Shown here in pieces: positions 40,574 to 49,500 of a stretch of 64,000 nucleotides of DNA. Position numbers and translations under genes: made by a program. Origin of the DNA: a virus; the IMG/VR virus record IMGVR_UViG_3300044961_000667. The stretch is one strand, 5' to 3'. Position 1 is the first letter of the stretch, and each line of letters starts with the position of its first letter. The notes beneath the pieces were generated by a model. That model was given only the letters and a program-made list of their open reading frames with translations, had not been told where the DNA came from and searched no databases.

Positions 40574-40644
40574 CTGGGGAGGAAGGGATCGAACCTTCTC
40601 CGTCGGCTTCAGAGACCGCTGCGCTACCCTTGCGCCACTCCCCA
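40574..40644 (-). tRNA. tRNA-Gln(CUG)
   Basis: Loop CTCTGAA, U1-A72. Confidence 0.9.
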
Positions 40645-40656
40645 ATGTCTTTCGCT

Positions 40657-40722
40657 CAGGGGCCCTGGGAATCGAACCCAGCTCGTCGGCTTCAAAGGCC
40701 GACTCACTCCCTGAGTACCCCT
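40657..40722 (-). tRNA. tRNA-Gln(UUG), miniature D arm (66 nt)
   Basis: Loop CTTTGAA; D arm CTCA-GGGAG-TGAG. Confidence 0.7.
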
Positions 40723-40727
40723 CCATG

Positions 40728-40799
40728 AGCGGGTGGCGAGGATCGAACTCGCGCATCCTGGGTTGGAAGCCCAGAGCCTTTCCGCTTGGCTACACCCGC
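40728..40799 (-). tRNA. tRNA-Gly(UCC)
   Basis: Loop CTTCCAA, U73. Confidence 0.9.
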
Positions 40800-40802
40800 A
40801 TG

Positions 40803-40873
40803 TACCGCCGCTGGGGATCGAACCCAGTCCCTCCGCTTAAAAGGCGGTTGCTCTACCCTTGAGCTACGACGGC
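40803..40873 (-). tRNA. tRNA-Lys(UUU)
   Basis: Loop CTTTTAA. Confidence 0.9.
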
Positions 40874-40912
40874 GCGTGGACCTGCGCCGTCGCGTTTCAT
40901 CTTCGTCTTCAT
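40853..40912 (-). CDS. Candidate Lys-rich regulatory mini-ORF MKTKMKRDGAGPRAVVAQG
   Basis: AAGGAG-6 nt-ATG; runs into tRNA-Lys(UUU). Confidence 0.55.
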   Translation of the reverse strand: MKTKMKRDGAGPRAVVAQG

Positions 40913-40930
40913 CGTCGTCTCCTTGTCGAG

Positions 40931-41018
40931 TGGTGGGAAGGCTCGGAGTCGAGCCGAGCTGGGACGCAATGCCACCCGCTTTACAGGCGGGCCACGAGCC
41001 CTACGTGTCTACCTTCCC
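40931..41018 (-). tRNA. tRNA-Tyr(GUA)
   Basis: Loop CTGTAAA, V arm, encoded CCA. Confidence 0.9.
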
Positions 41019-41021
41019 ATG

Positions 41022-41092
41022 AGCGGCATCCGGGAATCGAACCCGGTTCAGTGGCCTGGCAGACCACGGCCCAACCAATAGACCAATGCCGC
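41022..41092 (-). tRNA. tRNA-Gly(GCC)
   Basis: Loop CTGCCAG, U73. Confidence 0.9.
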
Positions 41093-41174
41093 ATACGGCT
41101 TTGTCGCTGACGGCCGCGCAGATCCTCGTGCGGAATGCACGAAGGACTGAACGTCTGCCGGCGACAGAAGCCAG

Positions 41175-41245
41175 TGGGCCCTGAGGGGATCGAACCCTCT
41201 CCTGACGCTTAAGAGGCGCCTGCTCTACCCTTGAGCTAAGGACCC
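41175..41245 (-). tRNA. tRNA-Lys(CUU)
   Basis: Loop CTCTTAA. Confidence 0.9.
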
Positions 41246-41295
41246 AGATTCGGCCAGCCCGACTAGACGTCAGACAGGTGGCCGAACTGTCGCTG

Positions 41296-41316
41296 CTATC
41301 CAGTTTTCAGAGAACA
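41296..41316 (-). promoter_or_regulatory. rrn-type boxA-like antitermination site
   Basis: TGTTCTCTGAAAACTGGATAG. Confidence 0.6.
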
Positions 41317-41325
41317 GAACTGCGA

Positions 41326-41399
41326 AGCACCAGGTCGGGCTCGAACCGACGACCTGCGGTTTACGAAACCGCTGCTGCTACCTGCTGAGCTACTGGTGC
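41326..41399 (-). tRNA. tRNA-Thr(CGU)
   Basis: Loop TTCGTAA. Confidence 0.9.
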
Positions 41400-41403
41400 A
41401 CTG

Positions 41404-41477
41404 CACGGCGAGCAGGAGTCGAACCTGCAGCGTCGGGTTTTGGAGGCCCGTTCCCTTCCCGTTGGGGACTTCGCCGT
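41404..41477 (-). tRNA. tRNA-Trp(CCA)
   Basis: Loop CTCCAAA, G73. Confidence 0.9.
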
Positions 41478-41539
41478 ATACCGTTGTTCCTTTCCTTTTG
41501 ACGAAACATCCTCTCGAAGACTGACCTGCGGTGGTGCAG

Positions 41540-41580
41540 AAAAGCGAAAGGCCGGGACCCTTTTGGGGTGCCCGGCCTCC
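41540..41580 (-). terminator. Intrinsic terminator in tRNA-operon leader (attenuator candidate)
   Basis: AGGCCGGG(C)ACCC-CAAAA-GGGTCCCGGCCT followed by TTCGCTTTT. Confidence 0.75.
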
Positions 41581-41605
41581 GTGAGCGATCCAATGTGCTA
41601 CTGGA

Positions 41606-41776
41606 TCAGGTTCTCATGGAGCCGGGCCGTCGGTGGTCGCTGGTACCCAGATTCTGCTCGGGCTGATAGGCGACCACGCTTTCGACGGACCAAAGGCACG
41701 AACGCAAAAACGCCGGTCGAGCGGCCATGGCCGCCCCGGCGATTCGCTTCGTCAGCGCTTTGGTTGAGGTCGACAT
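41606..41776 (-). CDS. Candidate leader peptide (56 aa, all 20 amino acids)
   Basis: AAGGAG at 41794-41789; GTG 41785 or ATG 41776; stop 25 nt before the terminator. Confidence 0.6.
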   Translation of the reverse strand: MSTSTKALTKRIAGAAMAARPAFLRSCLWSVESVVAYQPEQNLGTSDHRRPGSMRT

Positions 41777-41804
41777 CGAAAGCACGTGCTCCTTGATGTC
41801 CAGC

Positions 41805-41834
41805 AGAGTACCCACCTGACGAATTCGCCGTCAA
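41805..41834 (-). promoter_or_regulatory. sigma70-like promoter of the tRNA operon
   Basis: TTGACG-18-TACTCT. Confidence 0.7.
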
Positions 41835-41856
41835 GCACCTGACGACGATTCTTCGA

Positions 41857-42792
41857 TCAGTACCAGCCCGCGGGGTTCAACGTCGGGTTGTTCTCGAACG
41901 GGTACTGCTCACCGCCACCCTCGTCGTCATCCTGCCAACCAGGAGCGCCCTGTTCCATCTCCGGGTCGGACTCGATGCTTCGACGAACTTCCTTCTCCAT
42001 GAAGTCGGCGATCACCGCCATCATCGCCTCGTCGTCTTCAGCTCCCTGCATCGCGCTCACGAGCGAGCCCTCGTCCGAGTCGGCCTCGACCAGCATCTGG
42101 CCGTGGAGCTGGAACGCCTCGACGAAGTCGATCTTCTTCAGGAAGCTCTGCCACGCATCCCTCGCGTAGTCGGCGACCTTCTCCTTGAACTTGCCGGTGC
42201 CGATGTCTCGACCGCGGTAGAAACCCTTGAGAAAGGTCCTCGCGATCGACTTCGCGATTCCTCCGGCCACGTCGGAGACCTTCTTCTTCTCCTCGGGAGA
42301 CGGCTTCTTCCCGGCCGCCGCCCCCTTGAGCGCCTTGGTCGCTTCCTTGGCTGCTTCGGGATTCTTGGCGACAGCCTTGGCAGCGGCCTTCTTCGCGCGG
42401 CCCTTGCCCTTCGCGACCTTCGCCTGACCAGGGGCTTTCTTCGGGGCCGGCGCCTCGGCATCACCCTTCGGCTTGTCGACCTTGGTGGCCGGCTGCCCCT
42501 TCGGCTTCTTCGCGGAACCACCCTTCTCGGGCACCTTCTCCCAGTCGCCCTCCTTCGTCTTGACGAAGGTGCCCGCCTTGCGCTTCCGCTTCTCACCCGG
42601 CTTGGCGACGTTGGTGCCCTGGCCCTTGCCGGCGGCAGTCTTCGCCACCGACGGCTTGCCCACCGCGGTTCCACCCTTCTTCTGCAGCTGCGAGATCGGG
42701 ATGAGCACCGGAGACGTCTTCACGTCGCGCGGGTACGGGCCCTTCTCAACGAGGGAACGCATCTGCTCCACGAGTGAAGAGAGGCTGCTCAC
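41857..42792 (-). CDS. Lys/Ala-rich protein with acidic C-terminus (possible internal head protein)
   Basis: AGGAG RBS; LVE motifs; histone-H1-like composition. Confidence 0.7.
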   Translation of the reverse strand: MSSLSSLVEQMRSLVEKGPYPRDVKTSPVLIPISQLQKKGGTAVGKPSVAKTAAGKGQGTNVAKPGEKRKRKAGTFVKTKEGDWEKVPEKGGSAKKPKGQPATKVDKPKGDAEAPAPKKAPGQAKVAKGKGRAKKAAAKAVAKNPEAAKEATKALKGAAAGKKPSPEEKKKVSDVAGGIAKSIARTFLKGFYRGRDIGTGKFKEKVADYARDAWQSFLKKIDFVEAFQLHGQMLVEADSDEGSLVSAMQGAEDDEAMMAVIADFMEKEVRRSIESDPEMEQGAPGWQDDDEGGGEQYPFENNPTLNPAGWY

Positions 42793-42800
42793 GTCGACTC

Positions 42801-43154
42801 CTACGCGCTCTTGCGGGCGCGGAAGATCGCGGTGCGCGCCAGCTCGTCCATCCACGATGCGTCCGCGAGCACCGACTGGATCGAATCAGTCAACTGACCC
42901 ATGTACTCGTTCACGCGAGGCACGGTGATCTCCTCGGGCCGCCCCTGGTACTCGCGAGCAAGGTGCGCGGCCAGGTGATCGGCGAGCAGCTCTCGCAACA
43001 TCACGCGGGCGTCTGCCTTCAGCGCCTCGTTCTCATCGTCGTGGAACGGGTCCTCGTCAGTCTCCCCGGCGTCTTCCACCCCCGCCGACAGGTGATCGAG
43101 CGTGGCCTGCATCTCGTCGAGGTCTTCGAGGATCTTCTCGGCACTGACTCCCAT
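42801..43154 (-). CDS. Acidic hypothetical protein
   Basis: GAGGTGG RBS; palindrome directly upstream. Confidence 0.7.
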   Translation of the reverse strand: MGVSAEKILEDLDEMQATLDHLSAGVEDAGETDEDPFHDDENEALKADARVMLRELLADHLAAHLAREYQGRPEEITVPRVNEYMGQLTDSIQSVLADASWMDELARTAIFRARKSA

Positions 43155-43185
43155 CGTCCACCTCGTGCAATCGATTGCGTGAGCG

Positions 43186-43572
43186 CTACGGCTGCTGCGC
43201 CTTGTTCACCGCGAACACGACTACCACGACTGTGGCCGCGCCGAGAACGAAGCCCGACACGAGGCCGATCTGCCCTTTATACTCGCTCCAGAAGGTCGGC
43301 TTCAGCACCTCGACCTGCTTCTTGTAGGCGTCCTCCTTCTTGGCCCACGCCTCCTTGTCGGCTTCGTACTCGCGCCGCAGCTTCTTCAGGTCCACCTTGT
43401 CGGCGAACGTCTGCTCGGCCAGCTGCTCCGGGAACAACAGGCCAGGGAACGGCGCCTTTTCTCCGGTCTCCAGCGGAACGATGACTCCTGCGTCGGCCAG
43501 GGGGACATCGACCGGCGGATCGGCAAAGGCCGGCAGGCAGACCAACAACGTCAGCAGGGCGATCAGTCTCAC
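43186..43572 (-). CDS. Signal-peptide protein with coiled coil and C-terminal TM (spanin-like)
   Basis: MRLIALLTLLVCLPAFA; C-terminal hydrophobic helix. Confidence 0.6.
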   Translation of the reverse strand: MRLIALLTLLVCLPAFADPPVDVPLADAGVIVPLETGEKAPFPGLLFPEQLAEQTFADKVDLKKLRREYEADKEAWAKKEDAYKKQVEVLKPTFWSEYKGQIGLVSGFVLGAATVVVVVFAVNKAQQP

Positions 43573-44546
43573 GGGGGCACCACGGGGAGCGTCGGGTTGC
43601 GACGGTACACTTTCGTGTTCGTCGGGTTGTCGTTGTCGTCTCGCAGATCGAACACCTGGATCGGCGTGAGTCCATCGACGTCGTACAGCGTGAGCTGGAA
43701 CGACTCGATCTTCCACTTCCCGAAGGCCACCTTGCGGGCGGCGAGCGCGTGAGCCAGCGAGTCGGAGAACATCTTGCCGAACGTCCCGGCGGACGCGTGG
43801 CCAGCCGTGGGCTCGTCGTAGATCAGGTCGACGAGAGCCGGGTGGTTGGCGGCCACGTTCAACTGCGTGCCGGCCTGGCCGGCGGTGTTGTACCCGCTGA
43901 TGCTCTTGTCCCAGACCGCCGTCGCGATGGCAGCGTTGTCGATCGTGAGGTTCGACGCGTCGAACAGCGCCTGCCCTGCCTTGCCCGCGCCCAGGTGGCC
44001 GGCCAACAGCTCCTCCCAGACGTCGCCAGCGACCGTCAGAACCTCGTTGAAGACCGCCTGGCCGCTCTTGCCGTCGTTGTTGCCGGCGGTGTCGCCTCGG
44101 ATGGACTCCTTGTAGAGCAACGCCTTGCCGAACACCGTCGCGGCTGCCGAGTTGTCGGTCGGGTCGCCGAGCTGATCGACGCGAAGGCCCTTCTGCCCGG
44201 CCGCGTACGCCGTGCTGTCGGACCAGACGTCGGTCACGATCTGCGAGATCGGCTCATCGAGGAAGGCATCGCGCGGGCTAATCGCCCCCTTGATGTACCG
44301 CACCTCCTCGGTGGGGATGCTGGCTCCGCCGTCGACCATGAAGACGATGTCGGGATCGTTCTTCGTCGTCCACGTCCAGTCGAAGTAGTACTCGCCGTTG
44401 CTCTTCTCGACGATCCCACCGACCGGCGAAGCAGGCGACGTCGCACCGAAGGTGTCGGCGCGCTGGAAGAACGTGAAGATCGGCGCGAGCCCCGTGTCGG
44501 AGTTGCGGAAGTTCAGGAAGTAGCGCTTGACGACTGGGAATGGCAT
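43569..44546 (-). CDS. Virion structural protein
   Basis: Repeated VW(D/E)...H...G.AG units; C-terminal domain similar to 56113-56604. Confidence 0.7.
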   Translation of the reverse strand: MPFPVVKRYFLNFRNSDTGLAPIFTFFQRADTFGATSPASPVGGIVEKSNGEYYFDWTWTTKNDPDIVFMVDGGASIPTEEVRYIKGAISPRDAFLDEPISQIVTDVWSDSTAYAAGQKGLRVDQLGDPTDNSAAATVFGKALLYKESIRGDTAGNNDGKSGQAVFNEVLTVAGDVWEELLAGHLGAGKAGQALFDASNLTIDNAAIATAVWDKSISGYNTAGQAGTQLNVAANHPALVDLIYDEPTAGHASAGTFGKMFSDSLAHALAARKVAFGKWKIESFQLTLYDVDGLTPIQVFDLRDDNDNPTNTKVYRRNPTLPVVPP

Positions 44547-44716
44547 CGGCTCCTCACTTTCCTGGCGGCGTTCCCGGCGTCATCACCTGCTGACCCTGGA
44601 TGCTGGTGAACGTGCCGTTGTTCAGCGACGCACCGCCGTCTGCCTTCGGCCCTCCGACGGTTGCCGTCGAGGGCTTGGGCACGATGCTCACGATGGTGAC
44701 GAAGAGGTCGGCCATG

Positions 44717-46528
44717 TCAGAACAGTCCGTTCGCGGTTACGAGCCAGATTCTCCCATCGGTCCCAAGAACACCACCAGCCACGCCCACAGCGTAGATGCG
44801 CTTGGCCGGCTCGTCGAGAACGACTCCAACCGCAACGCCATCGGTGAGCCCGACGGCAGTCCAGGTCGCGGTGTTGTCGGAGACCGAACCAGTCGACGCC
44901 CACGCCGGCTCTGCGCTTCCTGACGTACCTCCAGCCGCGGTACGGAAGTAGTACTTCGACTTCGCGAACTGATGCGTCTCGCGAGGGCGCACCAACGCGC
45001 CCGCCGAATACACGGTGTTCCGCACCCACTCCTGGATCACCTGTCCCGAGAGCGTCCGCTGCGCAGCGATTCGCCCTTCACTGTCCAGCACGACCACGCC
45101 GGCGGTTCCAGCTGCAACCACCACGCTGCCGTTCGAGGCCACCTTCGACTGGAAGAAGCTGCCACCACCGGGCAACGTCAGCGAGTCGAACAACTGCACA
45201 GGCGCCGAGGAGCTGACGTACTTGTAGACGTTCAGTCGGTCGACCAGCGACGCATAGACGAGCGCGCCAGTCGGGTTCCCGGAGTCCACGCCCACGCTGA
45301 GCGCGTTCGCCCTGCTGGTCAACTTGGTGTTCACCAGCAGCGTCGGCGTCACGCCGTTCTCCTGGTACACCCGAAGCCTCTCGACGCCAGCCTCGGTGGA
45401 CGCCACGAAGATCAGAGCCGGCGAGAGGAAGTTCGCCACTGCCACGGCCCTGACTCCAGTCACGCCCGAGAAAACGGTGCCCGTCGCTCCCGACGAGAGG
45501 TTGACGACAACGAGCTGCCCGCCCGTGCCGGAGTTGTCGGCGTACTGCGCGACGTAGCCATGCGTGCTGGAGACATCCATGGCCACCGCGTAGGACGTGC
45601 CAGGGAGATCGACGTTCAGCGAGCCGGCTGCAGGCACGAGCGAGTACTCGTTCACGTCGTCGCCGTTACCGGTCGGCCCTGCCGACGCCCCCACCGTCAT
45701 CACCGTCCCAGCGACATCCACCCTCGCCACGGCGCCAACACCATCTGACGTGCCCTGCTGAACACCGTCGAGGTGGTACAGCTTCGTGTTGTCGGTCGAC
45801 AGCACCAAGGCCCCGCGCAGGTTGTCGATCAACGTCGTGTTGTCGAACTTCGACGGCTCCCCCACGAAGAACGTGTTCGCCACCGACGGGTGCTTCACGA
45901 TGCACTGCAACGGACGCGTTCTGCCAAGCGTCGCCGCCTCGACCAACTGCCTCGACTCTCTGCCCAGCTGAGCCACGGACGCGTGACTCTGCGTGTACGA
46001 CGCGACGTCCACGAAGGTCGTCTCGTTCACCTGCCCCGTCAGCAACGGGTACCCCGACTGCCAGGTGAGGCCGCCGTCATCGCTGATGCGGCCGTACACG
46101 CCCAGGTTCTTTGCCGTGCGGTAGTACAACATCCACTCCGGCCCCTGAGTCGTCCGGTACGACATCTTGGGCTGCGAGCCCTGGCAGAGCACCGTCGGCC
46201 CCGAGATGAGCACGCCCGTGGTCGGGTGAAACCGCGCGATGAGCAAGTTGCCGTTGGCGGAGCCGTTCACGGCAACGCCGTCGTCCCAGACCACCACGAC
46301 ATGGTCCGTCACCGGATCGTACAGCGCGCTCACGCCTCGGAACGGCTGCCCCAACTGCGGCGTGACCTCGGTGAAGTCGAGCCCGTTGTGCGGCTTCCAG
46401 CTCAGGCGCTTGGTCGCAAACGCGACCGGCGTGTACCAGACGACGTACGTCACCCCCGAGCGCAGGAAGCTCGAAAGCTCCTGCGGCTGCCCCTCGATGG
46501 TGATCCCTGAGATGGCCGAGACGGTCAT
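44717..46528 (-). CDS. Beta-propeller-like virion protein with carbohydrate-binding-like module
   Basis: Asp-box SDDGGLTW; WVRNTVYSAG...GTSGSAEPAW. Confidence 0.7.
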   Translation of the reverse strand: MTVSAISGITIEGQPQELSSFLRSGVTYVVWYTPVAFATKRLSWKPHNGLDFTEVTPQLGQPFRGVSALYDPVTDHVVVVWDDGVAVNGSANGNLLIARFHPTTGVLISGPTVLCQGSQPKMSYRTTQGPEWMLYYRTAKNLGVYGRISDDGGLTWQSGYPLLTGQVNETTFVDVASYTQSHASVAQLGRESRQLVEAATLGRTRPLQCIVKHPSVANTFFVGEPSKFDNTTLIDNLRGALVLSTDNTKLYHLDGVQQGTSDGVGAVARVDVAGTVMTVGASAGPTGNGDDVNEYSLVPAAGSLNVDLPGTSYAVAMDVSSTHGYVAQYADNSGTGGQLVVVNLSSGATGTVFSGVTGVRAVAVANFLSPALIFVASTEAGVERLRVYQENGVTPTLLVNTKLTSRANALSVGVDSGNPTGALVYASLVDRLNVYKYVSSSAPVQLFDSLTLPGGGSFFQSKVASNGSVVVAAGTAGVVVLDSEGRIAAQRTLSGQVIQEWVRNTVYSAGALVRPRETHQFAKSKYYFRTAAGGTSGSAEPAWASTGSVSDNTATWTAVGLTDGVAVGVVLDEPAKRIYAVGVAGGVLGTDGRIWLVTANGLF

Positions 46529-49500
46529 CAGGCCCTCAAGCCAGTGCAGTACTTGGCCAGGCGGAAGCGTCGATCGCCGAACACGCGGTACGACACGGGG
46601 CCAGCATCCGCGGTGAACGACACCGCGGCCCCCGTGTAGTGGTTCTTCACGGTGATCGCCGTCGCGCTCGTGAAGACGCTGATCTCGTAGATCCCCTTGT
46701 TCACGCCGCTGTCGACGTAGAGCAGGCGCCCCACGTCATCAGAGCAGAACCCGGAGCCCACGAAGTTGCCGTTGCTGCCCGCCATGGACCCGTCGGCTCG
46801 GGCGTACCCGCTGCCGATGTCTTCAGGGAAGAACCGGTAGTGACCACGGCTGTCCTGGCAGATGTCGCCGCTCTGCAGCGGGTACGTGCTCATCGGTCGC
46901 GTGATGCGAGCGCTCTTCGAGCCCTCGGTCGTCGTCGACGTCGTGTCGTAGCCGGGGCGACGAATCTCCCAGGGGCGGTTGGTCACGGCCGGCTGCAGGT
47001 TCTCGCTGATCGTGATGGTCGTCAGCGCATCGTTGATCGTCGCGATCGTGTACTCGCGCAGATCGCTGTCGAACTCCAGCGTGCCACCAGTGCCGCCAGC
47101 GAACGAAACAGCGGCCCCCAACTGCGACGAAACTGTCACCTGGGTCGAGCTGTTCACCGTCTTGATGATGTAGCCGCCGTTGTCCGCGGTGGCGCCAGTC
47201 ACCTTGACCACCTTGCCGAGATCGGCGTCGGTGAAGGCGGCGGAGGCCGAGTTGAGCTGATTCGTCCCCACCGTCGTGACAGCATCACCGGCCGCACCGA
47301 GCCGACGAATCGCGAACCGATCGGGAGCCGTACCTCCGGCGTTGATGCCCTCGTGCACGGTGAAGTTCATCGGGCCAGCGTCGGTCGCCAGCGCAGGAGC
47401 ACCACCCGACGGCGTCACCAACGTCACCTGCGTCGCCGAAACACGGCTGGCGATGCGGTAGAAGTTGCCCGAGTACGTCCCCGAGGTGAACCTGACGAAG
47501 CGCCCCACGTCGGCCGTCACCCACGCCGCGCTCGCCGAGTTCAGCGCGTTCGGCGACGTCGTCGTGCCGTCGGTGTACGGCACCCGCACCTGGTGGCCGA
47601 GGAACTTGTTGCCCCCGGTGGTCAACGTCAGCGTGTCGCCGCTGGCGCCACCGAGATCGACGTTCCCGTTGAAGCCCGCCACGCCAGACATGGCGTTGTT
47701 CGCCGCCTGCAGGAAGTCGACCCTGTTCAGCCAGCTGAAGTAGAAGTCGGCGTTCGTCTGCGCCTGATCGGTCGACGTGTAGCGGCTGCTCGCCAGCTTC
47801 GCTCCGGACGGCGAGTAGAACTCGAAGCTGCTCCACCAGAAGGCGGCGTCCTGGCCAGTGTCGCCGTTGAACCTCGGAATGCCAGTCCACTTCCACCACC
47901 TGCCCGTGCGCTGCGCGACGGACAAGTCGGTGAGGTCGAAGTACATCAACGCGTCGTTGTTGTCGTACTGGTTGCGACCGTTCAGCGTGAAGAACGTGCC
48001 GTTGTTCTTCACGTCGGGAGGCAACGCCTCGGTCGAGAACGACAGACGCTTGACCAGGCTCCAGGTCGGAACGACAGCCTGGTAGTTCTGGTTCGTGACG
48101 GTCGCGTTCGGACCCGTCCGCACCTGCGCCGACGTCGCCGACAGGAGCCGGTCCACGCAGAGACGGTGCGTCGGGGCTCCCAGGCTGGGAATGGCGATCA
48201 TGTCTTCGTCCTGCACGCCATCGCGGACTTCGTACGTGATGCCCGACGCAGAGCCGCCCCACGCCTTGGCCGTCTGATCGAGGTTGCGCACCGTGACCGT
48301 CGAGCCATCGAGCGACACCGCGATGATGCGGTAGCTGCCGTTGTCGGCACCCGCACCAGCAGTCAGCTTCAACACCTTGCCGCGGTCGCCAGTGACGAAG
48401 GTCGACGCCGCCGCCACCAACGTGTTGCCGCCAGCCGTGATGGCACCGTCGGTGTTCGGGCCCGTCGTCACCGCGCCCAGGAAATCTCCGGACGACAGAG
48501 TCAGCGTGGTGACGTTCGCTCCCGACGCGTTGATGTTCGCCGTTCCGCTGGTGCGAACAACGGACGAGGCGACCGGAGTGCCGCCAGAGTTCGGTGCCGA
48601 GTACAGGTTCGCCACCAGTCCGTGGAACGTGGCCGTGAGTCCCTGGAAGCTGTACCCGCTGCCGGTGTTGCTCTTGAAGCGGATCTGAACGAACCCAACC
48701 TCGGTGTCCTTGCCGAGGTCGACCATCACCGAGGCCCCCATCACAGAGCTGTTGGCGTCACGCCCATGCCAGTCAGTGTCGGCGCTGGGGGACGAGTACA
48801 TGTCGGCTCGCCCACCGGCGTTGTTCAGGTATTTGTCCTGAATCCAGTCGCAGAGCTGGCGGCCGTTGGTCGTCTCCGCACCAGGCAGCGCCCGGTGGTG
48901 ACTGAGTGCCGCATCGTACTGCGGCGAAGCCCTCGCGTACGTCTCGTAGTACACCTTGGTCTCGGTCGAGCCAGGCACGGCCAGCGGGTTCTCGACGACG
49001 AACTTCTTGTCCTCGAAGTTCTCCGAGAAGCGCGTCTTGAAGCCGAACATCTCGTAGGTGGCGCCCGACAGATCCTGCGTGTTGTCCTTCCCGAGACCGT
49101 CGGCCAACATCACGGTGATGTTCTCCGGGCCGGCGTTCGAGCCAGGGGTGCCCAGGTCCCAGACGGAGTACGTCAGGGTTCCCGCCGTCGCGCTGGCCGA
49201 GAAGGGCCTGCCGTTCATCCTGGTAAGCGTGACGCTCGCCGCGCTGATGAACGCGGTGATCTTGTAGACATCAGCGTCCGCTCCCGACTCGATGCGGAGG
49301 AGCTTGCCCACGTCACCAGACACGAAGCTGGAGCCGCCGAACGTCGACGACGCCGACGTCGTCGAGCCATCGGTAGCAGTCACCCTGCTCTGCCCACCGC
49401 GACCCAGGAACTCGTTGTTGGGCGGCGTCGCGCCACCCTGACGGTTCCAGCGCACCTTCACACCGAACATCGTGTCCTGATGCGTCGAGTGAATCGGCCG

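Noticed and set aside
41590..41800. T-box or metabolite riboswitch in the tRNA leader
   Set aside because: No T-box GGTGGTACCGCG motif or recognisable aptamer; the ORF-linked antiterminator explains the layout better
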